A DNA stretch of 64,000 nucleotides from Candidatus Uhrbacteria bacterium. Its GTDB lineage: Bacteria > Patescibacteriota > Patescibacteriia > UBA9934. Positions 30,201 through 38,416 of this stretch are shown piece by piece; position 1 is the stretch's first letter, and every line of letters starts with the position of its first letter. Location of the stretch: the NCBI GenBank assembly GCA_903827265.1, contig CAIKHN010000003.1, positions 24,392 to 88,391 of the forward strand, read 5' to 3'. Under the pieces are notes generated by a model. The model had not been told where the DNA came from and did no database searches. It worked only from the letters and a program-made list of their open reading frames with translations. The position numbers and the translations under genes were made by a program.

Positions 30201-33166
30201 GTAAATGCCACTTGTAGTCCAAGTAAGTCGCGATCTTTCTCCCAGGTCAGTTTTCTGAGGGATTGCAGCGGCGCAAACAAGAGATGGTAGTCGATTTTGG
30301 ATTCACTTTTAATCTTTTGTGCAATCGCAAGACAACTACTTAGAAGAGCTGCAGATGCCTCAGATGCCCACATTTCCGGGGCAGCGTCTATCCAGCTTTT
30401 GACTTCTTCACCTTCATCTAGGAGCCCGTATAACAAGCCTGACAGGAATAGATCATGGAAAAATTTAGTCCACTTTTCTCTATCCAAATTCTGATACTCC
30501 TGAACTTTTATTGGAAGAGTTTCATACGCGGGGAGCGCTGGAAGTTTAACAGAAGGGTCTCCTTTTAACGCCCTGTAAACTTCATAGAGCGGAACAATAT
30601 GTCCAATCAGATTCTCTTTAAACTTTTCCGTTGCGTGAGTAACGTCGTATTTTGCGCATTTATCAAGGACGTCTCCAACCGTCTCGGGTGCAATTTTTTG
30701 TTGAAGAAGAAGTTTAACCTTCTCAACTTGATCGAGAGTTAAAAGCTGTGACGCATAAATAGCTAGTAAGTCTTGAGACCAACCCAAATCAGAAAATTGA
30801 GCTACGTATTTAGTTACCTTCTTCACCTCGTGTGTGCGGTCGTACGGAATCACCGTTACTAGAGCCTCGGTAATTTTTGGAATCTGGCCATTTTCTTTGT
30901 TCCGGTACTCCTGACGACCGTGCCTGCCCTGCAAGATCTCTATTACTTCCGGGATAATTACATCGCCAGACTTGTTGGCCATGTCAGCCGCGACAACAAG
31001 TGAAGTTGCGTCAAGATCCTTGAGCTTAAGTTCCTCGAGCATTCCTGGGTTCAGCCTTATCGCTTCAGCAAAAATACTTTTAGCCCCTTCTTCGGAAGAA
31101 TCCTTCGAGTTTGAGTAGTATTGTCGAAGATGGGAAAGCTGAAGAGCTTTGCCGAAATCCCGTTTTTTAAAAGCAGCCTCAGTTCCAAGTCGCAGGAGTT
31201 CTATGATCTGATAACTATTTCGAGGAAATGTAATTGCCTCAACAAGCCACTGTTTATCTAGCTTTAAAATGAGCTCAGGATTCCCGGTTTCGAATTCAAT
31301 TTTTGCTAGCTCCGCCCAGCGTAAAGAGTCGTAAGGGCACCCTACCAACCAGTCTTTAATTTGTTTCTTGAGAACTGCTTTACGCTCATCAAAATCAGGC
31401 TGTTGAAGAAGAAACACTTCAAAACTGTTGTGATAAATCGAGATTCGACCCTGTATATCAATCTTCGTGAGATGTTGTACATCTCTAAAGGCTTCAGCTA
31501 TATCCGAAGGGCTTGTCTCGAAGGAAGAAATGCAACCGATCAACTGTTCTTTTGTGAACGCAAAATTAACGCTCGCGATAGTGCAGAGAATGGTCTTCGC
31601 CTTATCGGAAAGATGCCACCATAAGGTCGTGTAGTAGCTCGCTATGTTGCCGCCGTATGGCAGGAGATCTTTGATGGTGTATTCGGTTATCAATGTATTA
31701 CCGTATCGCGACTTAATTTCGTTAAGAACGTAGCGAAGGTGAAGCGGATTGCCTTGGGTGAGGCTGAAGATTTTACTAACTACCTCTTTCAAAGCGCTTT
31801 CTTCCGACGGAAGATTAATGTTCACCGAGTTTTTTCTAATGATTCTATTTGCAGCATCATGGCTCAGTCCAGTGATCTTGATCCATTCTGCAACTGGGCA
31901 CTTTTGCAAGATTATTAGTGGTAGGTGTTCAGAGATCTGTTCTTGTGTACCCAAAATAATCCATAGGCCTCTTTGGGGGAAGCAGACGCTTTGCAGGAAC
32001 TTTTTCAGTTCCTCAATGTCGGCGTGTCTAACTACATGATCAAGGCCATCAACAATTAAAATAAAAGCTTTATTTTTTTGATTTGCAAAAGAAGCCGCAG
32101 CATTAATAAATTCTACTGGCGGAATTGATTGAGAATTTTTATGGGCAAGATCTCCCAAGGCATCCGGATATTCCTTGAATTGTGCCTTAATGGCTTCAAT
32201 AACCCTCTCCGCATTTAATCTTTCTTGTGAGTTAGTTTCCTCAGGCGAAAGATGGTAATGATGCCTTACGGACATTACTTCTTTATCCTCAAGAGTTGAG
32301 TATAATTTTGAAAGGTAGACACTTTTGCCCGTCCCTGGATTTCCAGTAAATACCTTGATCCCACCTTCAACTTTTTCTAAATCCTGAAGGATATTTTCAT
32401 GCACTGTCTCGTCAAAGAATTCAAAATCATTAGGGACAAAAAAGTCCTCTTCTAAACTTCTGGGAGCATCAAACTCGCACCAATCACGTAACTGGCCAAG
32501 GCTAATCGGTTGCGTCGGACTTTTTCTACTCTCTTTTTTTATCTGATTAAGGAGATTGACGACACCATTCTCTGTTGCGTTTAGATCCTTGTAGAAACGT
32601 TCAAAAATTTCCCTTTCGAATTCATCCAGGACTTTTTGTCCAAAATTAAAACTAAACTGTTCAAAGAAACTAGCCGCAACATCTTCTTCACCGATAGCTG
32701 CAATAATCTTTGCAAACAGATCGCTATCCGATGCTTTTATTGCACCGAGGTTGATCTTTTTATCGTCGCCTAAGAAACGGACTATATCAGCCTCAGCTCC
32801 GCTATCCGTGACCAGGCCCGCATACTTTATTTTGCCTTTAAGATCCCCCTGCTCGATAGAGTCAGCCCATTTTTTGAGCCAGGATGGTTTTCTTTTTTTC
32901 CCTACGAGCAGATCATCCCAAGACCATAGATTTTGCGGATCTTGTCGGTGTTTGACTTGATAAAAGTGGTAAAAGTCATCCTTGTCACGCAATATTATGT
33001 CGTCTAAATAAAAACCATCTGTACCGGATTCCTCGGGCGCAGCTTCAAATCGGATCGACCTAAAAGAATCGGGGTCGACTAGCCAATCGCGGCACAGTTT
33101 CAACCCCCAAAGATCCTGATAATCAAATCCGCTTCTAATCGAACTTGTAGTATTTCTTCGGGTCAT
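27254..33166 (-). CDS. Avs (AVAST)-like anti-phage STAND NTPase with N-terminal Cap4-like PD-(D/E)xK nuclease
   Basis: SGFDYQD..E..LDDI..YQVK nuclease motif; Walker A GNPGTGKS; Walker B ILIVDGLDH; GNPLHL; long helical C-terminal region; 1970 aa. Confidence 0.75.
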   Translation of the reverse strand: MTRRNTTSSIRSGFDYQDLWGLKLCRDWLVDPDSFRSIRFEAAPEESGTDGFYLDDIILRDKDDFYHFYQVKHRQDPQNLWSWDDLLVGKKRKPSWLKKWADSIEQGDLKGKIKYAGLVTDSGAEADIVRFLGDDKKINLGAIKASDSDLFAKIIAAIGEEDVAASFFEQFSFNFGQKVLDEFEREIFERFYKDLNATENGVVNLLNQIKKESRKSPTQPISLGQLRDWCEFDAPRSLEEDFFVPNDFEFFDETVHENILQDLEKVEGGIKVFTGNPGTGKSVYLSKLYSTLEDKEVMSVRHHYHLSPEETNSQERLNAERVIEAIKAQFKEYPDALGDLAHKNSQSIPPVEFINAAASFANQKNKAFILIVDGLDHVVRHADIEELKKFLQSVCFPQRGLWIILGTQEQISEHLPLIILQKCPVAEWIKITGLSHDAANRIIRKNSVNINLPSEESALKEVVSKIFSLTQGNPLHLRYVLNEIKSRYGNTLITEYTIKDLLPYGGNIASYYTTLWWHLSDKAKTILCTIASVNFAFTKEQLIGCISSFETSPSDIAEAFRDVQHLTKIDIQGRISIYHNSFEVFLLQQPDFDERKAVLKKQIKDWLVGCPYDSLRWAELAKIEFETGNPELILKLDKQWLVEAITFPRNSYQIIELLRLGTEAAFKKRDFGKALQLSHLRQYYSNSKDSSEEGAKSIFAEAIRLNPGMLEELKLKDLDATSLVVAADMANKSGDVIIPEVIEILQGRHGRQEYRNKENGQIPKITEALVTVIPYDRTHEVKKVTKYVAQFSDLGWSQDLLAIYASQLLTLDQVEKVKLLLQQKIAPETVGDVLDKCAKYDVTHATEKFKENLIGHIVPLYEVYRALKGDPSVKLPALPAYETLPIKVQEYQNLDREKWTKFFHDLFLSGLLYGLLDEGEEVKSWIDAAPEMWASEASAALLSSCLAIAQKIKSESKIDYHLLFAPLQSLRKLTWEKDRDLLGLQVAFTASTSLNLSDLLILKKALGSSYQFTPGDVSSILSTPFFNAANLLELSIKQGEPVFVDDAHIQFIETQVKNLKGSVGYFSERTTSFADLAALCRIQRDTERAKELLLDSAKNLLGYGYHKDMYLDGVLDAISACGSAGVEAVKMHHWLASIAPIVENVTEYTDGDETNHLSLNLAQIFGKSDRSALYKDYYVNADSGNLFHAEDIFEVIVQSLPYDSDVSTALATTALDEDSYKSLGILAQKQEGAAKALSIITDYFGEITYPEKDASTPYIRPASTEDFSSVSPDLLVQNLRERTFGSPWERETYLHGWLIHWLENDDKEKIYRSFMAAVPETELNHLGGELLDVLYPLAYEFENGRAFELLCRAQANDNGWQLYWTDKNKAEARWVFLQDKYPTRYLEFFERSIAVGNRWDSGLRYFVPIARAVDFFVLFGDLVNAVAITEAGITFAESLMAETKLAKPIWGDAKYAEKEPDEFDLLIQRLTWPSPLVRERTATAIAQLFVFSSKREELYKNFLTNLKQICLESIVAIHLLPLIRAFSLSKGDELSYIKFSDIVLSLSVNSVVIQELLVELSFLLGEDFDDEALPAFGAVSAVPSAFLADNFFNRHIRSFLAPIYHERAKEIDKKTGGRFLQQWAYTSSILIQENGISLNADAGYFQGRERGASIPGMSTSLSEAYRSAFLRVVHQYYLDGKIAEDFYLEYSYATLPVDLGIWQKLVGRIPDWWPRLAEGQMAETDLTKIDLQIPIESILTNNQDKPFLAFEGAVMPALAEKLDPSHSISLIGFAYEVVGSNMPTAEAVSELILDRSSLALIPIHTPYPLSFLDNPAACLYPIGLDPTRIEDLMVYPLVARTRDLTINLWQYFRDYQLQLLPAPGIRRDSIGEIQDFQYVYSDENGEKITHGDWIEGLKERSNFDMPLPYGQWLRIDKAFLEECLAQNGLRMGYLVKSTYRYQEHGYGEVKKIEQYRLLNVSPILLPPRTP

Positions 33167-33232
33167 TCATTGCTGTTAATGCAGATGTAGATTATCTCGT
33201 TTTAATGTCTTTGTCTTCTTGATTGTGATTAA

Positions 33233-33787
33233 TTAGAAAGATAGCTCCGTTTGCTTTCCATTCAAGCCTTGCGGGTGATAGACGAATTCCTCGTAGTCAG
33301 TGCTCGAATTCAAGCTATACAAGGCCATAAAATTCGCGTCGTAAGCCCCGTCCAATTTCTTTGAGTACAGGTCTTTCTGTGCCTCGGCAAAGAGCACGGC
33401 AGATTCCTCCGTCTTGAACACTGCTATCTTGGCAAACGTGTTGTTTCCGAATTCGGTGTGCAACTGCTTTCCTAGCGCCGTCATGGACTCATTGTTTAGA
33501 TACTGCTCCTGCACGACGATGGATTTCCAAATATAACCATTCTCCGAGTTGTCCCAGACGACCTCGTAAGGAATTTTTACCTGTGCCACTTCGTGTTTTT
33601 CTTCTGAACTCTCTATCATTCCAACCATGGCTATTGGCAAGAAAAACATAACCATCAAAACAGTGAGAATTGGATGTCTCCAAAACCATGATCCCAATTT
33701 CGCCCGGCAGTAGGGACAGCGTCTCGCCTTTGTATCAACCTCTTTACGGCACGATGAACAGGTCTTCACCTTTGGTGCGTCACTCAT
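33233..33787 (-). CDS. Zinc-ribbon membrane protein
   Basis: CSSC..ARRCPYC, one TM helix, extracellular domain. Confidence 0.7.
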   Translation of the reverse strand: MSDAPKVKTCSSCRKEVDTKARRCPYCRAKLGSWFWRHPILTVLMVMFFLPIAMVGMIESSEEKHEVAQVKIPYEVVWDNSENGYIWKSIVVQEQYLNNESMTALGKQLHTEFGNNTFAKIAVFKTEESAVLFAEAQKDLYSKKLDGAYDANFMALYSLNSSTDYEEFVYHPQGLNGKQTELSF

Positions 33788-33836
33788 ATTGGCTCGATAA
33801 ATATTTATTAAGATTGAAAGGCGCGCAAAAACAAAA

Positions 33837-33970
33837 AGCGACACCCGGTGGTGTCTCTACCCAACCCATGCACGGATAGTGCACAGACTGTTTTAACCGG
33901 ATGCCGCTTTATGGGCGCTATCCGGAAATAGGCAAAAAAATGCCCTGTACGGGTTGAGTAGAGACTTCCG
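33837..33970 (-). ncRNA. Candidate structured leader RNA (c4-like appearance)
   Basis: 15-bp stem GTCTCTACTCAACCC/GGGTTGGGTAGAGAC enclosing hairpins, plus GACACC..GGTGTC; promoter TTGAAT-17-TACACT at 34000-33972. Confidence 0.45.
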
Positions 33971-34099
33971 AAGTGTATAACAATGATCAAGGTTATTCAA
34001 CATCACGCAACATTTACCAACAGTGGTGTCAAAATTTGCGTGAGTTTACAAAAGAGGAGAAAATTACCGTAATCTAAATAAGAATGCGAATAAGAATCT

Positions 34100-34801
34100 A
34101 TGAGGAATGATGGTGTACGTGACCTGCATCTTGCGGTCGCATGGTCGTGTCGACGATTGGAAAAATTACTTGCGCTTGACCCTAAGTGCAGTGAGGTGAC
34201 TTATTGGTTCGCTCCCGACACGTCGGATGAAAAAGCTCCGCCACTCGGGGATCAAGTATTAGCCTTGAGCTATCTGGAAAACCAACAGGCGCTCGAGATC
34301 GGGCAAGCTGTCTATCGAAATGAGCTCTATAATCGCGTCGGTGCTCCAGAAATGTTCGGCGCGAAATCTGATGGCTATCGCGTGGAAATAGTTTCTAAGA
34401 GCTTCGAGAGAATCTGCAAAGAGTTACGTCCACTCATAGATAAGCTTGGTGTCTACCTTGTTCGCGCTGACCATGATTTTAATGACTTGAAACAGCCGAT
34501 TCTTGTTTTTGAGAATAAAGGCGCGGATTTTTACGTAGAGTTCAGCGGCGAACGAGTATCCATCAAACAACACTCTCGACAATTTGGCCTATTGGCGGCA
34601 TTAAAAGAACAGCGAGGACGTCATCTACCGGAAAAGGAATGTATTGAGGCGGCAAATCATTACGTGACCAAAGGGAAAACATTTATTACGGGCAAAGATA
34701 TTTACTTCACTCTTCGTGACATTAAGAAAAAGTTAAAAGTTGGAAAAAGTTGCGTTTTTCCAATCGAGCTAGAGAATAATCAGTATATTTGGCGCAAGTA
34801 A
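34100..34801 (+). CDS. Hypothetical protein, possible C-terminal winged-helix domain
   Basis: 233-aa ORF with basic C-terminal region (IYFTLRDIKKKL). Confidence 0.6.
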   Translation: MRNDGVRDLHLAVAWSCRRLEKLLALDPKCSEVTYWFAPDTSDEKAPPLGDQVLALSYLENQQALEIGQAVYRNELYNRVGAPEMFGAKSDGYRVEIVSKSFERICKELRPLIDKLGVYLVRADHDFNDLKQPILVFENKGADFYVEFSGERVSIKQHSRQFGLLAALKEQRGRHLPEKECIEAANHYVTKGKTFITGKDIYFTLRDIKKKLKVGKSCVFPIELENNQYIWRK

Positions 34802-34892
34802 ATAAAAACTCAACTCTCTCAACAAAACCTTCCACAATCGTAAATAGAGCCAACATGAAATGCTCTCGGTGCAAAACATCGTGAGCATTTTT

Positions 34893-35132
34893 ATGTCTGA
34901 TACATATACGACCACCAACTTCTATCTCGCCGCATTCCTCTGTGCATCAGGGGTTGTTTTTGTGTCGGGAGAGCGGTTGGCGGATACACGCCAGACAGCT
35001 TTTCACTTCGAAGAATCAATGAAACGCAAAGAGCTTTCAAGTGCGTTTCTTGTTGGTGAAGAAGTGGAAGTGAATGTTCATGCGTTTATTGCGCAGCTCA
35101 AACGTTTGAAATCAATCATTCACGACGGATAG
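34893..35132 (+). CDS. Small DUF5659-like putative DNA-binding protein
   Basis: T.NFYLAAFL.A.G..F.F..V....F...LK.LKS.I pattern typical of mobile-element small proteins. Confidence 0.65.
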   Translation: MSDTYTTTNFYLAAFLCASGVVFVSGERLADTRQTAFHFEESMKRKELSSAFLVGEEVEVNVHAFIAQLKRLKSIIHDG

Positions 35133-35440
35133 CTCGAATAATACTGGCCGATCAGGGTGCGCGAACCACTGTGCCCCGGCTGGATGCGACTTAAATCAGT
35201 GGATACATGAACCCGCGCCGATCCCCGCGTTATCCCGGGATGCGTCATAGGCAGTAAGGGCATGAACGTCACGAAGCGCTGATATGCCAAGGCGCACGTG
35301 CGTAAACGAAGTTAGCTCTACCGGGCGCTTCGATAGCAGGCATTGCAGGACGTCGGAGAGAAATCCGATCAACGTCCGAAGTATTCGCGTGATACCGCTT
35401 TATTCCCCATTTTGCGTCTCGGCAGTAAGGCAGAAAGAAT

Positions 35441-35830
35441 ATGAAAGACAATCGATTCCAAAAGATCATCTCGGACTACTTAGGACAATTGATCGGTACG
35501 AACGAAGAGGAAGCTTGGAACGTTCGTATGAACGGAAAACGGGCGCAAGTCACCATCCGTGGGCCTACGGGAATCTTGAAGAAAACCATCTCTCATCCCG
35601 GCTCACTTCTAAAGAAAAACTTTCACGATGAGCTAAAAAAGATAGGGAATGTTCAAAAAAAGGCCAATGTCATTTCATACCCGTTAATACAGCGGATTAA
35701 AGCGTTTCGGTTGGTAAAGCTGACCAGAAAACGCGGGAAAAGACAGTCATTAAAGTACGCAATAAAAAAACAGAGTGAGGAGACGGAAAGTAACAGGACA
35801 CGTGCACGTTTTCGAAATCAAAAGATTTAA
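35441..35830 (+). CDS. Hypothetical basic protein
   Basis: 129-aa K/R-rich ORF co-oriented with the element genes. Confidence 0.4.
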   Translation: MKDNRFQKIISDYLGQLIGTNEEEAWNVRMNGKRAQVTIRGPTGILKKTISHPGSLLKKNFHDELKKIGNVQKKANVISYPLIQRIKAFRLVKLTRKRGKRQSLKYAIKKQSEETESNRTRARFRNQKI

Positions 35831-35849
35831 AATCATAACAAGTAAAAAT

Positions 35850-36245
35850 ATGCATTCAGAACATCGAGAGCCCACAAAAGAAGAGGTGAGTGTAATAGAA
35901 AAGATCGACCTCGATTTGTGCGGAAGGGCTTTGGCAGGCGCTCTTTGGTTTCATGCCTACGATCAAGAGACATTGGTGCTGGATAAGGATGGTCTGGAAT
36001 GGTTGGTGTGGGAGCTTCTTGATGAACTCAGTCTTTCCGGCTTCATGTACCAAACAGTTTCTACCTTTGCAGAAAATAGCAAAATAAAACCTGTGGAATG
36101 TGCTGAGTGCAAAAAAGAAAATGGAGATGAAGAAGACGGAGATGGAATCAACTCACCATGCCCTAGCTGCGAACAGCCTCTGACCGCAGAGGCGGAATTA
36201 CCGCCTCTACCGCCACCGGGTTGTTCTGAGAAATCTGATTTTTAA
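35850..36245 (+). CDS. Hypothetical protein with AYDQE motif and C-terminal CxxC..CxxC
   Basis: LAGALWFHAYDQETLVLDKDGL; CAEC, CPSC. Confidence 0.6.
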   Translation: MHSEHREPTKEEVSVIEKIDLDLCGRALAGALWFHAYDQETLVLDKDGLEWLVWELLDELSLSGFMYQTVSTFAENSKIKPVECAECKKENGDEEDGDGINSPCPSCEQPLTAEAELPPLPPPGCSEKSDF

Positions 36246-36249
36246 ACCT

Positions 36250-36621
36250 ATGCACATCACGGATCCGAAAGGCTCGGAAGAATGCTCGGCCTGTTACGGA
36301 ACGGGGATCATTCCTAAATCGTCCGCAACCTCTGACCACTCGACCGAACCAATTTCGCACATCTCAGATTACATGCAGGAAATGCGCTCGATCTTCCTAA
36401 ACACAAAGAATAGGACGGTTTTTCAGCGAGTAGATTTAGCCGAAGATCTTTGGATCATTGCCTATGACCAAGAAGATTTAATTCTAGATGACGAAGGGCT
36501 CAAGGATCTCTTAAACATTTTCCTGTTCGGCTCTCATTATTACGATTCAATTCGTGACGCAATTAGTAAGTATATCGATAAATACGTTATGAACCGCGAT
36601 GCAGAAGAAGTGAACGAGTAA
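36250..36621 (+). CDS. Hypothetical protein with AYDQE motif and N-terminal CxxCxGxG
   Basis: CSACYGTG; LAEDLWIIAYDQEDLILDDEGL. Confidence 0.6.
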   Translation: MHITDPKGSEECSACYGTGIIPKSSATSDHSTEPISHISDYMQEMRSIFLNTKNRTVFQRVDLAEDLWIIAYDQEDLILDDEGLKDLLNIFLFGSHYYDSIRDAISKYIDKYVMNRDAEEVNE

Positions 36622-36634
36622 ACAAAAGTTGCCT

Positions 36635-36775
36635 GTGCATCTCCCTAACGAAATCAAGACAGAAATCCGATTGCTGTTCTCCCGCCCCGGAGAGCAGCTT
36701 TCGGATTCTGACGTTGAGGAGATTGCACAGAACCTTTTGTCATTCGCCCTTCATCTATCACCTGCAAAGGGATAG
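36635..36775 (+). CDS. 46-aa small protein immediately upstream of the recombinase (below the ORF-track cutoff)
   Basis: GTG start; MHLPNEIKTEIRLLFSRPGEQLSDSDVEEIAQNLLSFALHLSPAKG*; ends 3 nt before the recombinase ATG. Confidence 0.55.
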   Translation: MHLPNEIKTEIRLLFSRPGEQLSDSDVEEIAQNLLSFALHLSPAKG

Positions 36776-36778
36776 AAT

Positions 36779-38416
36779 ATGACCATGAAGTATTTCATCT
36801 ATTGTCGCCGATCAAGTGACCGGGAAGACAAACAAACGCTCTCCATCGATGCTCAAATTCGTGAGCTAAAGGTGCTCGCAGAAAAAGATCATCTAGAAAT
36901 CGTTGACACCATCGTGGAATCACAATCCGCCTACAAAACAGGGCGGCCATTTTTCAATTCAATGCTTGAGCGCATCGAGCTTGGACAAGCAGACGGGATC
37001 ATCGTATGGCAACCAAATCGTCTTGCCCGTAATTCCTTAGATGGAGGGCGGCTGATCTACATGATGGATCAAGGGTCATTGAAAGAGATCCGCACCATGT
37101 CCAAGCTCTTCACGCGATCCGGTAACGACAAGTTCTTTTTGCAAATCGAATTTGGCATGGCAAAGAAGTCATCCGATGACACTTCGGATTACATGAAGCG
37201 TGATGCTCAATCCAAACTTCTCAAAGGCGAATGGACGGGTATGGCTCCCGTTGGTTATTTGAACGTTGATGCGCAAGGAAAGATTGCGGGCAACTTTTAT
37301 GATCACGACAAGCAGACACAACTATTAAAGCTTGGCAGGCCATTGCGCCGAATTGAAAAAGACCCGGTGCTAGCGCCCCTTATACGTCAGTTTTTTGATT
37401 ACTATCTTGCAGAGTACCGAACCTTGAAAGAGGCGGCGGCTTTCATGAATTCTCTCGGGGTTAAAAGTATCCGCCGTCATGGTCGCTATTCCATCAGCAT
37501 GGTGGAGAGAATTTTAAAGAATCCTTTTTACACCGGGCAGCTTCGGTATGAGGGGGAGCTTTTTGCTGGTGTACATGACCCCATCATTAGCACGAAGGAA
37601 TTTGAATTGATTTCGCAACGGTTTAACGGACACTCTCACCCAAAAGTAGTGAGTTACGATTTTGTGTATCGAGGGCTCGTGCGATGCGCTGAATGCGGTT
37701 GTTCCGTGGTGGGAGTCCACAAGGTAAAGCCTTCCGGTAAGGAGTACGAATACTACACGTGTAGTAAGCGCAAAGGTGAATGCGGCCAGAGACCATCAAA
37801 ACCTGCAGACATCGATATTCAGGTCGAAGAGCGTCTTCGTGCCATTCAAATAGATGAACGCGTGTGGGAGCTGTGCAAGAAGCTCTTACACCTTCATTAC
37901 GCGGAGCAAGTGGATAGCCAAGTCCTCATTCGTGAAAAGTGGCAAAAGGATCTCGGCAATGTCGATAAACGTACAAATGCCTTGTTGGAACTCTATATCT
38001 CGGGTTTGCTCGATAAAGAGGACTACACTAAGAAGAAAAACGAGTTGTTGTCTGAAAAGATGGCTCTGACAGAGAAGCTTAGTGACAGCGGGCAAGCGAC
38101 GACCAATTGGCTGCAGCAGACCGAAGACTTCTTTGGGTTGGCTCATGCCGCGTATGAGATATTTAAGAGCCCTCAGACGACGTTGGCACGCAAGAAACAG
38201 ATTGTGCAGGACATCGGTTGGAACTTAGAGATTTCCGAGGGAAAGCTTAATTGGCAATACAAAAAGCCGTTTGATTTTCTTGTAGAGCGACAACCAGCGA
38301 AAGTTTCGGTTGGAACTCGTAAATATGGCTTAGCTAAAAAGAAAAACACCTCTCTCGAAAGAGAAGTGGTTTTCTGGCGGGACGGACGGGACTCGAACCC
38401 GCAACCTCTGCCGTGA
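36779..38416 (+). CDS. Large serine recombinase (integrase)
   Basis: YCRRSS catalytic Ser, Q..SI..Q, R.F..ML, NRLARN, recombinase domain (ILKNPFYTG), zinc ribbon CAECG..YYTC, coiled coil; ORF runs through att into the tRNA antisense strand. Confidence 0.92.
   Translation: MTMKYFIYCRRSSDREDKQTLSIDAQIRELKVLAEKDHLEIVDTIVESQSAYKTGRPFFNSMLERIELGQADGIIVWQPNRLARNSLDGGRLIYMMDQGSLKEIRTMSKLFTRSGNDKFFLQIEFGMAKKSSDDTSDYMKRDAQSKLLKGEWTGMAPVGYLNVDAQGKIAGNFYDHDKQTQLLKLGRPLRRIEKDPVLAPLIRQFFDYYLAEYRTLKEAAAFMNSLGVKSIRRHGRYSISMVERILKNPFYTGQLRYEGELFAGVHDPIISTKEFELISQRFNGHSHPKVVSYDFVYRGLVRCAECGCSVVGVHKVKPSGKEYEYYTCSKRKGECGQRPSKPADIDIQVEERLRAIQIDERVWELCKKLLHLHYAEQVDSQVLIREKWQKDLGNVDKRTNALLELYISGLLDKEDYTKKKNELLSEKMALTEKLSDSGQATTNWLQQTEDFFGLAHAAYEIFKSPQTTLARKKQIVQDIGWNLEISEGKLNWQYKKPFDFLVERQPAKVSVGTRKYGLAKKKNTSLEREVVFWRDGRDSNPQPLP
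38370..38384. repeat. att site (tRNA-proximal)
   Basis: TTTTCTGGCGGGACG overlapping the tRNA-Asp CCA end. Confidence 0.85.

Larger units (their letters stand above)
26601..38384. mobile_element. ~11.8-kb integrative element/defence island in tRNA-Asp, encoding a serine recombinase
   Basis: 15-bp direct repeats, large serine recombinase next to the tRNA, AT-richer cargo including a STAND defence gene. Confidence 0.85.

Noticed and set aside
26601-38384. Prophage
   Set aside because: No capsid, terminase, portal, tail or lysis genes are recognisable; better described as an integrative defence island or satellite-like element.
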